DNA of 64,000 nucleotides from Octopus sinensis (Eukaryota): NCBI RefSeq assembly GCF_006345805.1, contig NC_042999.1, positions 113,088,001-113,152,000 on the forward strand, read 5' to 3'. A program made the translations under genes and the position numbers. The notes beneath the pieces were generated by a model that was given only the letters and a program-made list of their open reading frames with translations, did not search any database and had not been told where the DNA came from. Every line of letters begins with the position of its first letter. Within the stretch, counting starts at the first letter, position 1. Shown one piece after another: positions 1 to 13,427 of this stretch.

Positions 1-465
1 CAGGCAGCGGTCAATCATGTGGGTGAGGGTGTGTAGATGTTCTTTGTGACCGAGAATAAAGTTCTGACTATTTAAGGAATATGGATGTTTTATAAGGGGC
101 GAGAAAAAATCTACTTAGAGACATGTGTGTGTATACTGTTCTATATATGTGTGCTGGCGTAGGGGTAGAAAACATTTTTGTGTACGTGTGTGCGTTTGAT
201 CGCTCGGCTGTCAGTGGCTAAGCCGCTCTCCACAATGGCTACTGCAGTAAGAACCGTTGGGTGGCAGAGAAAAAATATATATTATGTTTTATGTGTGTGT
301 GTGTTCGTCTGAGCCTGCCTTGTCAGGTAACCCCCCGTTGTCAAAAAACCAAGCCCCGTTTATCTTACAGGAGTAATTCCCCTTGCAGTGGTTAATCGTA
401 AATATCTTAAGGCTATTTCAGAATTTGTTACCAAGGGCTATGGGTGCCGGTATTATTTATAAACG

Positions 466-870
466 CTATTTAAAAGCCAGATAAGTGTAACGCCGCCAAT
501 GGGGGCATCGAAAAGCGACTGTAAAAGTCCGTTTACCATCCGGCCTTGGCAAACAAAATATGGAGAGTTCGGAGACACAAAGGTTGCACTGCCTTCTGCC
601 CCTATCAAATGGGAGGGCCACCGAAAATTGACCATTCCAGCCTGTAGCTTGAGTTCGTATCCTTCAGTCGCCATATTAGCTTGCTGAGTCCCGTGGTCTG
701 GCGCTTGTTTATGTCCCGAAAAGTTGCGTAATGGTTGGAGACTCGCAAAGCCAATCTTGACGATGAGGCCCTACAATAGTGAAGACAATCTGAGTCCGTG
801 TAAACCTTGCATTGGTAGACGGCGTTTTTGATCTTGGAGTTCGCCGACGTGAATCTTATTCTGCTAGGAT
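466..870 (-). mobile_element. Penelope-like retroelement, degenerate C-terminal GIY-YIG endonuclease fragment; 1-465 is probably its 3' UTR/pseudo-LTR
   Basis: Minus-strand translation in a frame other than the supplied ORF gives KNAVYQCKVYTDSDCLHYC..RVSNHYATF..QTTGLSKLIWRLKD...LEWSI, then CNLCVSE and RCPHWRRYTYLAFK* after frameshifts. This matches the usual PLE endonuclease layout (VYQC..YxG..NH..F..T.LSK.IW.LK..W.I..C.LC..E..CxH). Confidence 0.8.
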
Positions 871-1207
871 TAGTTTCTGAAATTAGAACTGCGTTCCTGT
901 CCTATTTCTTCCTGAAGAGAAAGACACATTATGGTCTCATTATTCAATCGGATTTTGGTAAATTGTGCCTTTCGAAACACGTGTAGAATGAAATAAAACG
1001 ATTTCTGTTCAATCTTCGTTCAGCTCCATTTCTTCAATTCACCAATAATATTTTAATTTCAATTATCCGCACCAACGCACGGTTGCAACACCATATGGTT
1101 GTACCTCCAACCGTGCTGTTTTCTGCTGTGATTTTTGCTACCAAGGTATCGGTTAAAACTTTTGATTATTAATCTCTGCTACAAGATTATTCATCTTTCT
1201 ATTTCAC

Positions 1208-1258
<51 letters not shown>

Positions 1259-1387
1259 GAAAATATAAGTTCAAAAAGAACAATTCAACTTTTGAGAGGT
1301 CCAAAAAGAGAGATTAATGATTTCTAATAAAGATTCATCATATTCATAAAAAGCAGCCAGAGTAAGTAATATCAATATGAGAATAGT

Positions 1388-1728
1388 AGTTGAAAAATAT
1401 CGTTATAGTTATAAATATACTATAAACATGTATAAAAAATGGAGGAGAAAAAGATGTTGAATCAAAATTAGATTTAATGCAAAATTGGATTCAATACATA
1501 CGCATATTTTAATGGACAATACAAATATGTAAGAAATACAATACAAATATGTAATTGTAAATCATAGTAATTATAATTTTTTTCTTACATATTTGTATTG
1601 TCCTTAGAAACGTGCGTATGTATTGAATCCAATTTCGTATTAAATCTATTTTGATTCAACATTTTTTTCTCCTCCATTTTTTATATTTTTTATGGTAGAT
1701 TTTATACCTATAACGATATTTTTCAACT
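1388..1728. repeat. Inverted repeat, arms of ~150 bp (1388-1536 and 1581-1728) with a ~44-bp spacer, among (TA)n tracts; MITE-like or fold-back
   Basis: agttgaaaaatatcgttatag...ggacaatacaaatatgtaagaaa is mirrored by tttcttacatatttgtattgtcc...taacgatatttttcaact with scattered mismatches. Confidence 0.85.
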
Positions 1729-1748
1729 TATATATATTTAATAATATA

Positions 1749-1807
<59 letters not shown>

Positions 1808-1842
1808 CTATATTATATCTATATATCTATATATGTATATAA

Positions 1843-1880
<38 letters not shown>

Positions 1881-1990
1881 TAATATAGTATATATATATA
1901 TGTATGTATATATATATGTATATATAGTATATATATATGTATGTATTATGTATATATGTATGTATATATGTATATGTGCATATATATGTT

Positions 1991-2025
<35 letters not shown>

Positions 2026-2058
2026 CGGATATATATGTATATATATATATATATATAT

Positions 2059-2102
<44 letters not shown>
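1725..2102. repeat. Complex (TA)n/(TATG)n microsatellite
   Basis: Seen directly; source of the YI-repeat ORFs. Confidence 0.95.
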
Positions 2103-2106
<4 letters not shown>

Positions 2107-2398
2107 TTATCTCCCTTATACCGAAAATATCTGATTACCACCCCTGTTTGGAACTCTTCTACATCACATCATAGCGAAGAGAAGACACAATGTCGGAGCG
2201 AAGAGAAGACACAATGTCGTAGCGAAAATACGAAACCGGTTATTTCTCCAAAAACATGACGACGATTTTAATGTGTTTAACCATATAATACAAGCCTTCT
2301 GTAGTTTTTTCATTCTATTTTGCTTTTTATACATCCAACCACATGCCTTCCCATACCAAATCTCTCACCTATATATATATATATATATACACACACAT

Positions 2399-2455
<57 letters not shown>

Positions 2456-2459
<4 letters not shown>

Positions 2460-3327
2460 GAGTCCCAAACGTCAATGATGGGTTTCAATTTTTAATAACT
2501 TCCTTAACTTTACAAATAAATGCATAAAATTTTAATACAACATAAAGGAAATAATGGAAATTAATATGCAAAAATCAAATTTTGCAAAACCACTATATCG
2601 CATATGAAAAATGGCATCGCTTAAATGACAGCCATTTTCGGCTTTTCACACACGTGCTCTTTCCAAAACTTGTTCTATAACACTTTCAAGAGTTTCAGAC
2701 CCCACTTCTCTGATTTCTCTATTGATGTTCTCCTACAGCTGCATCAGGGTCTCGGGTTTGTTGACGTAAACCCTCTCTTTCAGGTATTCCCACAAGAAAA
2801 ATCCGGGCTAGTCATATCTGAGGAAGGTGAAGGTCATTCATTGTAGACCTCACACATGGCTCCAGCAAAATGGGGCGACTGCTCATATCGCAAGAGAAAC
2901 AATGCAGTTGGAGAGAGAATAATCTTCCGCTATTGCAATGTCAACTGCTCTTCACCTTCTCCAGACTTGACTGGCCCGGATTTTTTGTTGTGGAGATACC
3001 TGAGAAAGAGGGTTTACGTCAACAAACTGGAGACCCTGGTGCAAGTGAAGGAGAACATCAATAGAGAAATCAGAGAAGTGAGGTCTGAAACGCTTGAGGG
3101 TGTTATGGTGCAAGTTTTTGAAAGAGCACGGGCGTGCGAAGCCGAAAATGGCTGCCATTTAAGCGATGACATTTTCCATATGTGATGTAGTAGTGTTGCA
3201 AAATTTGACTTGTGCATATTAATTTCCATCATGTCCTTTATATTGTATCAAAATTTCATGCATTTATTTGTAAAGTTAAGGAAGTAATTAAAAATTGAAA
3301 CCCATTACTGACGTTTGGGACACCCTG
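2456..3327 (+). mobile_element. Non-autonomous Tc1/mariner (maT/DD37D-like) fold-back element with ~375-bp inverted arms that contain the transposase 3' end
   Basis: Termini caggg(a/t)gtcccaaa...tttgggacaccctg followed by TA. Internal sequence translates as WLQQNGATAHIARETM...SPDLTGPDFLLWRYLRKRVYVNK..TL..KENI..EI (mariner-family catalytic C-terminus). Arms 2456-2832 and 2949-3327 are reverse complements. Confidence 0.9.
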
Positions 3328-3420
3328 TATATGTGTGTGTGGTTATATATGTATATATATATGTGTGTATATATAAATATATATGTGTATATATATGTGT
3401 GTATATATATATATGCATAT

Positions 3421-3463
<43 letters not shown>

Positions 3464-4702
3464 ATATATATGCATATATATATGTATATGCTAATCCACT
3501 CCCCTCAAAAATTGGTGGCCTTATGCACATGCTAGAAACATTATTAGTTATTTTAAAAAATTTACTTAGGAGGCAAAATGAGTTCTATACATACACCAAA
3601 ATACTTAAATCTAAAATCTAAAACGGACTGTAGAATTGCTGGTGTAATAGAATGAAAATGTTTTCTTCGTCGTGAGATAGTAATATAGCTGTTACCATAG
3701 AATGAGATGTGTTACTGCTGATTACGCAATGCAATTTTCCAGAATTAACAACCACCCGTTAAACAATTCTTAACCTCAGCATTTTTGCGTCAGACATATC
3801 TGAAATATCCATTGACATTGTATTCGGTTTTATTTTCTCATTCTTGAACAGAAAGAAAGCTATTTACAACGTAATACGTACACTGCCAAGAGTTCAGTAC
3901 TGTACTTCGCATAGATAAGGAATTTTACTATTTAGATGTTGTTTCGTTACTCCGCTTCACGTATGAGTTCAAATCTTGCTAATGAATAGATTTTTGCTTT
4001 CCGTCCTTCTTGAGTAGAATACATAAATAAGAGTCAAGTATTCGATATAACTGATTATATCCTCCACCACCAAATGTGCGGCTTTTCCTAATTCGTTACT
4101 GTCAAGTTTATAACTCTGCTTCTAGGAACAAACTTGACTATAGCACGGTTTCAAGTCTTGGATGAAACCGTAAAACCCTCGTTACACGTCTACTAGTGTT
4201 GATAATAGCATGGATTTCTCAGTTCTCATTTGCTAGGTGTGAAATATGGTTGTTTGTGTTTTAGTCAAAGAGAAACTTATATTATTTGCTGAAATAGGCT
4301 ATCAGCAGTGAATTACCTGAAACGAAAGAGCATTATATTCTGTATCTTTATATTATGTGCCTTTTATACTGAACTTTCTGAGTTCAATCCCACCATTGTT
4401 AATTGTTTTCCACTCCTATTAAATGGTGGTGAAATGGCAGACACTGGGGAGCAGTGGACAAAATATCTTGCAGTAGTTAGTTACGCACAAATCTCACAGA
4501 AGTCAGGATTTCGGCGTATTTAATTGTCGTTTCTTGTTGAGGTTGTTTAAAAATGTTTTATTCAAGTACTGGTTCGACTTAATCGTCTTTAACGTTTCCC
4601 CACTCCTAATTTGTGTCCTACAAATCAAAGAACATAATATTATAGATTTCTAACCTTAGCACAGCGTGGCATATCTTGAGAGAGAGAGAGAGAGAACAGA
4701 GG

Positions 4703-4736
<34 letters not shown>

Positions 4737-4933
4737 AAGAGAGAGAAGTGAGTGAGTGAGAGAGATGAAATAAATTAAACAGTGTAATGTATCACCTGAT
4801 TGCTACATTTTCTAGTTGTTATCGAGATTGGAGGAAATGTAATCAACATTCAATTTTTAATACAAATATAGATATTGTGCATTTTGTAATATATATATAA
4901 ATATATTAAATTATATATAATATATATATTATC

Positions 4934-4968
<35 letters not shown>

Positions 4969-5498
4969 TTATATATATATATATATATGTATATATAATA
5001 TACACACACACATACACATATGTATGTGTGCATACATATATGTGTATATATATGCATATATATATGTACACACACATACACACACGCGCACACACACATA
5101 TATTACATATGTATATCACACACACACACAGACACACAAATAAAACGAGATAAGATAAGAGAAATATCTCTGAGTGGTCAGTGGCATGTATTTGAGAAAT
5201 TAATTTAATAATAATTAAATTGAATAAAATATTAATTTAATTTAATTATTAAATTCAATATTTTAATTAAGTTATTGATTATGTTATCTTATAATTTGAG
5301 CATATTAAATAACTTACAAGACTTTTCGCTATTTATTGAAATTATCTCCGCTTCCAGAGAGGGTAGGCAAATTGCTTGGTAGCAATTGGTGCTACCATTT
5401 TCTAAATGAAAATGGAAGGTAATCACAAGGATAAAAATTCTCCAAAATAGACATGCCATTAAAGAAAATAGTCTGATTGTTGCAAAATAAGAAGATAA

Positions 5499-5541
5499 CT
5501 GTGGACGCAGGTTTCTGAATTAATTGGTGTCATCAGTACAG
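5499..5541 (-). ncRNA. Candidate minimal type-I hammerhead ribozyme (degenerate stem II)
   Basis: Minus strand: CUGU-A / CUGAUGA / caccaauuaauuca / GAAA / C-cugc-G / UC / C-ACAG. Core elements are in the correct order with a 4-bp stem I; stem II is poor. Confidence 0.45.
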
Positions 5542-5719
5542 CAATTGTTTTGCTTTATGTTCAGCAGACGAAACACTTAGGCATGCAGAAAAAAGAACAC
5601 AGTAATGGCTTAAGTCACTTGCATAAATTAAACAAAAATGAGCTAAAAATATATAACGCAATGTGGCAGTGCATGTATTTGAACATACACACATACTCAC
5701 ACTCATAGATAAACACACA

Positions 5720-5768
<49 letters not shown>

Positions 5769-6430
5769 ACACACACACACACACCTTTATATGATCGAAG
5801 GGAGATAATTCCGGTGATTCTAATAAGATTGGGGTTATCTCCATTTGCGTGACACGAAATATATAAACATATATCAGTATTTATTAGATGTGTACGTGGT
5901 TACGTGTGTATCGAATGGTGTTCCTTTAAATTAAAAGCTGTCATCCATTTGATAAATAGATGTTGATAAAATAAATATTATCAAGTTGAAATAAGTCGAC
6001 TACAGCTGTTGGAACCGGAGCCCTAGCACGGCCGTAGTTTTATAATCGAAGCCAGTAAAGCGATGAAATAATAATAACAATTTTGGGCTTAAAGCATAAT
6101 GATATCAAATAATGGTCACTAATACACTAAGGTCGATGCACCCAACTATATATACTCCCGTAATAATTGGCTTTGTGCCTGTGATAAAGATATCAGTATT
6201 ACATAGTGATTAATATTGATAGCAATTATCTGAAGTATGATATGAATGTTGTCAGGTTTCCAATTCTGCAAATAGCACTGACATTTGTATAATAAATAGG
6301 AAAAAGAGAGTCGAGATTATCTGGGGTTGGTAGGATGTGTAAAAACAAACTACCGTACGAAAGGGTGGTGTCTCCCATGACCAAAATACTTAACCTTGCT
6401 GTTTCAGCAGAGCTTTTAAATGAGTACGAG

Positions 6431-6440
6431 ATAGATAGAC

Positions 6441-6533
<93 letters not shown>
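6431..6533. repeat. (GATA)n/(GA)n microsatellite
   Basis: Seen directly. Confidence 0.95.
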
Positions 6534-6535
<2 letters not shown>

Positions 6536-7084
6536 GGCTAGATAAATATACAGGTGAAAGAGAAACGCACTCCGTACATTTCACAGTGTCTGTATACACA
6601 TTACCTGTGAACGGCCGGGAAGCTATATACTTAGAAAGTGTTGAATATATTAATGTAGTTGGGTTTAGGTACTCAAAAAGGACTGAGAAATAATAAAACA
6701 TTTTCCGAGAAATACCATATTCAATAGAAGTTTCACGTGAACATTTGTAATTCGGTTCTAAGAGCAATTCGGCTACTCGGTGATGTTTAAAATCTTTTAG
6801 CGATGTACTGTAAGCCATATTAGTACACCCCACCATCCACACCCATACAAGCACACACAAACACTCACATACACATACGCACACACACACACATACACGC
6901 ACACACACACATGCACGCACGCACATGTTGGGCTCGTTCGGATGCCTTCTTATAGGAAGCAAGGATCCAAACGATAAACTTTTTTCTGTGTTCTGTGTCA
7001 CTTGAAGTATTGTGAATCTAAGTTCAATGTTAATAGAAAAAGCAAAATATAGATATACTGTGTACTCTTTGCCTTTGCTTGTCC

Positions 7085-7419
<335 letters not shown>

Positions 7420-8458
7420 TTACTGGGTCCCCGTGTAGCTTCCGTCTACACACAAGAAGACACTTATTCGAAATGCCACACAAAGAGATTGAACACAGAA
7501 CATAAATGTCTCTTGTAAGCCAAATGCAATGCAGAATCATGACAATTGGCACTGTGTACAAACACATATTTGGACACAATGTATAAATGCATGCCATTAA
7601 ATATACATGTTTATCGTATATATCGCTTACCAAGTCTTTCAAGACTGGAAGAAGTTTTGCACTGAACGGGGACTTTGCACAATTGCTTACATCTGAACAG
7701 ATACTGCTTGAGTCACCCAAAGGTAAGGCTGTGATACTTAAGTAGGGAACGAATTAAGTTTGCCACCCTCCCACAGAATCTGTTCCATCTACGGGCTTCT
7801 TGAGAGGTTTTGTCAACCAAATTTCCCTTACAAAGCTTTGGTCATCCAGAGGCTTAGAAAGACGACAGTTCCACAACTTGCAAATAATTTGTGAAACGGT
7901 CTTTTTGTTCTCACAATTATATATATGCTTTAATGTATTATTAATTTATTATTTGCGTGTATTTGAACTGGTGGCAAGATCATCGTAGCATAACTAGGAA
8001 TCTATCGATTGGCGCCCACAAAGAAGGCTCAATATATTTTTGTGCAGCTCTTTCGCTTCCATTTACTGGATTCCAAATATCACTGAATTTTACAGGGCTC
8101 ATTATCTTTTTGCGAATTCAGATCACGAAAGTTGTAACTGTTGACACAGTTTATCACACAACTAGGATTAATAAATTCCTATTGAATACATAAGGTTGGT
8201 TTACAATAGAACTTCTGCCCATCATTTGAATCTAATGGTTGGTGTTTGGCACGCTAAGAATTTTATGAGTGTGCATATATATATGTGTGTGTGGGTGCGC
8301 TTGTGTATACATTTATTTGTAAGGCCAAATTATTTGAAAGACAAAAAATAACAAAATACCATGTAAGTTTCTTTTTGACTTTGAAATACACCCCGAAGAA
8401 ATAAGACTTTCGTTTGAAAAGTTAGTGGATATTTTGTATGAGCAAATCGTGATGTTGC

Positions 8459-8574
<116 letters not shown>

Positions 8575-8896
8575 CATACACATACGTACTACATACATGA
8601 ATATATACGTATGTACATATATATGTATGTATGTTTGTATGTATGTGTATACACACACATACACATATATGCACCACTGCTGCCAAGTAAAATAAAAAGG
8701 TATCCGGTAAAAAAATACAGAGAGCTATCAAGTAGTTCATCATACGTCATACGAGTACAGATATGTAGATTATTGATAAAGAAGGGCGTTTTAAGTTTAG
8801 ATATAATCACCTAAGCTAGTATAACCACTACAACCACCATCGTCAGCAGCACAAGCAGCATCACCAGCACCACCAACACTATCACTAGCTCTAGCA

Positions 8897-8925
8897 CACC
8901 ACCACCACCACCACCACCATCACCC

Positions 8926-9003
<78 letters not shown>
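8897..9003. repeat. (CCA)n-(CTA)n trinucleotide repeat
   Basis: Seen directly. Confidence 0.95.
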
Positions 9004-10355
9004 AACAATGAAATGTTATTAACCACATCTTCATTATTTACTTTCAACTTATATCAAACTCTTTCTGTATGTATTTTTATATCTGTCTCCTTGGATCGAT
9101 CTAAGGAAAAAATAAATAAATACTTAATGACGTTTACTTTACAAATCTAACACAAAACTGGAATTTAGAATTCTTTTCAAAACGAATAATAAAGGTTGAA
9201 TCGGTTATGTATGGAAATAAACGGCTTCAGTCATTTAATTAGAATACGGTAGATATTTATTAACGGATGAGACACATCTGACATTCTTTCAATCATATTT
9301 GTTAGACGATTCTAAAGCATAACACAATACAACAGAACGCAAGATTTTAAATTCTCCTCAGAACTACAGATGAGAAAATACAAAGAGGAAAATACAAACA
9401 AAACAATGCAAAACGGTTTATCAAATTCATCCTTGAACTGATGAATTAATTTGCAAAGAAACCCCATCGCAGTAACATGGCTGCCACGAGTTAAATAAAC
9501 ACGGCGCAACAATTTTTTCGAAACGTTGCCTAGGGCGTGGGAATGAGTTTTAGAGATTAGTTATCAATTATTCAAACGTTACCGATATTGTATGTTAAAG
9601 AATTGCCAACATAAACTGTTCGACCTGTTGTGACATCGATCAACGACGAAACTAAGTCGTGTGCTGTGCATGCATAATTTACACCTTATGCAAAATATCT
9701 GACACACAATATCTTACACAACTTTTTTTCTTTAAATTTATGCCCATCTGCACTTTCGAGCACACAGAACACACAGAAATACACGCATACGCAACACAGT
9801 ACAAATATATACCCGTATTCTCATTAAAAAAAAAACACCTTCAATCATGCACACACGCATACAGACAGACACGAAGTGATTTGCAATTGACTGGACTGAT
9901 CATATTACCGTTATATTTGATGTATACATAAACACACATATGCAGGTTTGTTCCAAAGAGCTTTACGATCACATTACTGTTTTAAACATGAGCTTTACAT
10001 AAACAGTCACACACACAAGCACACAGCACTGCACAACTGCATATATTTAGACATAGAAACGTCTGTTGCAGTAGAAGAACCATTCATAATGTTACTCGTA
10101 CACTGATACTAACACCTGCATACATAGAAGTGCTCTTTCTCCCTCTGAGAAATTGTCGTGATCGTATTCTTTGTGTGTATGTGTGTGTGTGTGTGTGTGT
10201 ACTCATGAATTCACAAAACACAATAATGTGTGTGTGTTTTGCGCGCGCGTGCACACACACACATGCACACACACACATGCACACACACGCCCTTGCGGTC
10301 GCACATTCATACAGATATATAGATATTTGTTGCTACTATTATTTATTCCGAGGAA

Positions 10356-10555
10356 AGGCAGCGAGCTGGTAGAATCGTTAGTACGCAGGGAAAAATGCTT
10401 AGCGGTATTTCGTCTGTCGCCACGTTCTAAGTTCAAATTCCGCCGAGGTCGACTTTGCTTCTCATTCTTTCAGGGTTGATTAAATAAGTACCAGGGTCGT
10501 TGTAATCGACTTGACCCCCTCCACCAAGCTGCCCCTGTGGCAAAATTTGAAATCA
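10356..10555 (+). mobile_element. tRNA-type SINE family A, full length, 18-bp TSD
   Basis: aggcagcgagctggtagaatcgttag...gttcaaattcc (A/B-box-like)...ggtcga..aatcgact..aaaatttgaaa. TSD attatttattccgaggaa at 10338-10355 and 10556-10573. Confidence 0.9.
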
Positions 10556-11465
10556 TTATTTATTCCGAGGAAGAGAAGCAAATTCCAATGCATGCCTTGA
10601 TCTATTTTGCTCCTAACCAAACAACGTGGAAGTCCTTATAAGAAGGAGGTGGGGTTCGATCTAGAAGAAATAGCAACTAAATCCCCCTTCAACCCACATC
10701 TCGCCGTCTTGAACAGTAAAGACACATTACGTGTCATATTCCTAGATCCTATAAAAAGAACACGTGATAGTTGGGTTGATTCTGATGACAAATTTGATCA
10801 ATTAAGGTTAGACCCGGTAGCAATAATCTATTTCCTGCTCTTAACTTTAAAATATTTTACTAAATTATTTAGGTTTCCCAGTCTGGAAGAATCTACAGAG
10901 GTAATAAGTACATCTCCCATCTCACCCAACTAACAAATAACAAAGAAATGGATCGTTGTTGTAGTAAACCTATAATGGAAGCCGGTCCAGTTGCAACAAT
11001 ACAGTCATTTTTTCATAACTACATTATCCAATGTATCTCTTGTTAAGACGTTAGGATATGATTTGAAAGACATTTTACTGATATTTCTTGCTGATCGGAG
11101 GATCACGTGGAGGCTCTCTACAAGAGAAGTATACTCTTAAATCTTAGAAGCGAAAAAACATTGAAGGAATAGCAAGGAAGAGTTAAAAGGAGGATTACAG
11201 TTGGAAAACTGGTAGTGCTAATGTTACTATTGTAGTTAAGCTCCAGGTCGAGGAAATTAATTATGAAAGGCATTCCAGTCGTGACCAACCAGTTTTTTTG
11301 AAAGAGACTTTTATGACAGATTGTGATCAGAGGAAGATTTCAGGGCTAATTTTAGTAGGTGGTGCAACCATTCACAAGCACAGTATTTATAAATGCTGCT
11401 ATAAAAATGCTTCTAAAACGACGACCAGCTAGCGATCTATGTTTTCTCGATATTAACAGAGAGGA

Positions 11466-11665
11466 AGGCGGCGAGCTGGCAGAATCGTTAGCACGTCGGG
11501 CGAATGCTTAGCGTCATTTCGTCCATCTCCACATTCTGAGTTCAAATTCCGCCGATTTCGACTTTGCTTTTCATTCTTCCGGGGTCGATAAAATAAGTGC
11601 TGGGATTGATTTAAACGATTTGCCCACATACACGAAGATGCTGGCCTTGTGTTAAAATTTGAAAC
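11466..11665 (+). mobile_element. SINE family A, 14-bp TSD
   Basis: Same consensus; cgatattaacagag at 11448-11461 and 11666-11679. Confidence 0.9.
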
Positions 11666-11717
11666 CGATATTAACAGAGGGGTGAAACAGCTCTCATGTA
11701 CGAGCAGTTCTCTAGAG

Positions 11718-12011
11718 AAGGGACCCCAACTAACGGGGTTATAGGCCAGTATCGGGCCGCACAAAAAGAATAAGTTATAAAATTTTATTTCTATTTTATC
11801 ATTTCTATTTTACCGTAGTTAACAATGTAATAATAATAGAAATAAAGTGCGTAATATGCAATGTGGTAATACATTTGCATTATATATGTAATAATTAAAT
11901 TATATATTATGCACTTAATTGTATTTTATTATGTGTATGATCCTCTGGTTCATGAAAAAATTGTCTTGCATGAAACCAGTCCCTAGTGCAAAAAAGGTTG
12001 AGAACTGACTG
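11718..12011 (+). mobile_element. hAT-Charlie-type MITE (~294 bp) with perfect 8-bp TSD
   Basis: TSD ctctagag at 11710-11717 and 12012-12019 (NTCTAGAN is the Charlie target). Ends aagggaccccaac... and ...aattgtcttgcatgaaaccagtccctagtgcaaaaaaggttgagaactgactg. Confidence 0.85.
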
Positions 12012-12455
12012 CTCTAGAGCATGGCACAATTCTCGCCCAGTATAGTTTAAGCATCTCTTCATGGTATCTGTTTATGTTTACAAAGTAATCTTGGCTAAGT
12101 GATATAAGAGTGTTAGCCATCATGATAGGTTATTTTATCTAGCTTTTGATCATAATATCTAGCATTTGCTGTGGTGGATTTAGCTTGCAACCATTTCCTT
12201 TAAACTTTAGAGAAGGACTGCTTCTATATATATTGTCCAATAATCTTTACAACCTAGTAAAACATTTAAGTTGTCGTACACAGATACTTTGAAATGTTAT
12301 GTTGGAGTGAAATGGCTAAAATTGCGAGAATGGAAGTAACGAGACAATATATGTTAGATGTCAACGGAAAATGGCAGACGTCTGCATGCACGTACAACCA
12401 CTCCATCCCAAACAAAATGGCACACGACGTACGACTATACTTAGAAACCCCAACC

Positions 12456-12456
<1 letters not shown>

Positions 12457-12486
<30 letters not shown>

Positions 12487-12955
12487 TGTATGTATGTATG
12501 TATGTATGTATGTATGTATGTATGTATGCATTATGTATGTATGCATGTATGTATGTCCATGTCTATGTATGTGTGTGAATGTGTGTGCGCGCGCATGCAT
12601 GTGTTTATGTATAAATTATGTACTTAAATACCTATTTTTATGTATATATATATCTCATTCTCTCGCTTTATATATATGTGCACGCACACACACAAGACAT
12701 ACATATATGGATAAACACACACAAACACAAAAACTCACGCACACACGTACATATAATCATTCATAAAATGTATTTGTATACATGTATACATGTGTGTTTC
12801 TATGTATGTATGTATGTATGTATGTATGTATGTATGTAGTATGTATGTATGTATGTATCTATCTATCTATCTATCTTTCTATCTCTTTATCTGTCTGTGT
12901 GTCTGTTTCTCTGTGTATGTATGTATGTATGTATGTATGTATGTATGTATGTATG

Positions 12956-13009
<54 letters not shown>

Positions 13010-13427
13010 GCTATCTATCTATCTATATATCTATCTATTAAATAGCATACTTTATGATGCTGTAAATTTCATGTGACTGTGTCATACGCAATGTTTGCTG
13101 CTGCTGCCGCTGCTACTGCTGATTCCATATCTTCTTAGGCTTCTGCTTTTGTTGGTCTCTCGACCGTTTTGTTCTTTATAAAACACATTTCATGTATGTT
13201 AATTATAAATGTTTCTAGTTTGTCCTCTGAATCCTTACTTTTAATCTCTATTGCTCTTATGTTTATGTGTCTCGGTCCTACAATAGGTTGAACATGCTGC
13301 ATGAAATGTCAATGCTGTTTTTCTTACTCAGTATGTATGTGTGTATGTATGTATGTATGTATGTATGTATGTATGTATGTATGTATGTATGTATGTATGT
13401 ATGTATGTATGTATGTATGTATGTATG
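12457..13427. repeat. Cluster of (TATG)n and (TATC)n tetranucleotide microsatellites
   Basis: Seen directly; the MYVC ORFs are artefacts. Confidence 0.95.

Noticed and set aside
1077-1116. 9-bp GC stem gcacggttg/caaccgtgc
   Set aside because: Too short to interpret; not followed by a Helitron CTAG end, and bacterial-type terminators are not relevant here.
2174-2222. Repeat resembling a CRISPR unit; also the 21-bp repeats at 59234-59320 and 35-bp repeats at 53336-53607
   Set aside because: There are no unique regular spacers and no cas genes, the context is eukaryotic, and they are tandem or internal transposon repeats.
7644-7728. Possible upstream exon ending CCCAAAG|GTAAGG
   Set aside because: The acceptor is weak, the peptide is unrecognisable, and joining it to 18221 reaches only a uORF frame.
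9438-9470. CTGATGA...GAAA near 9438; similar partial hits at 21185, 26226, 30938, 41677, 50381 and 61023
   Set aside because: No compatible stems I, II and III or cleavage triplet; several lie inside coding or LINE sequence; expected by chance.
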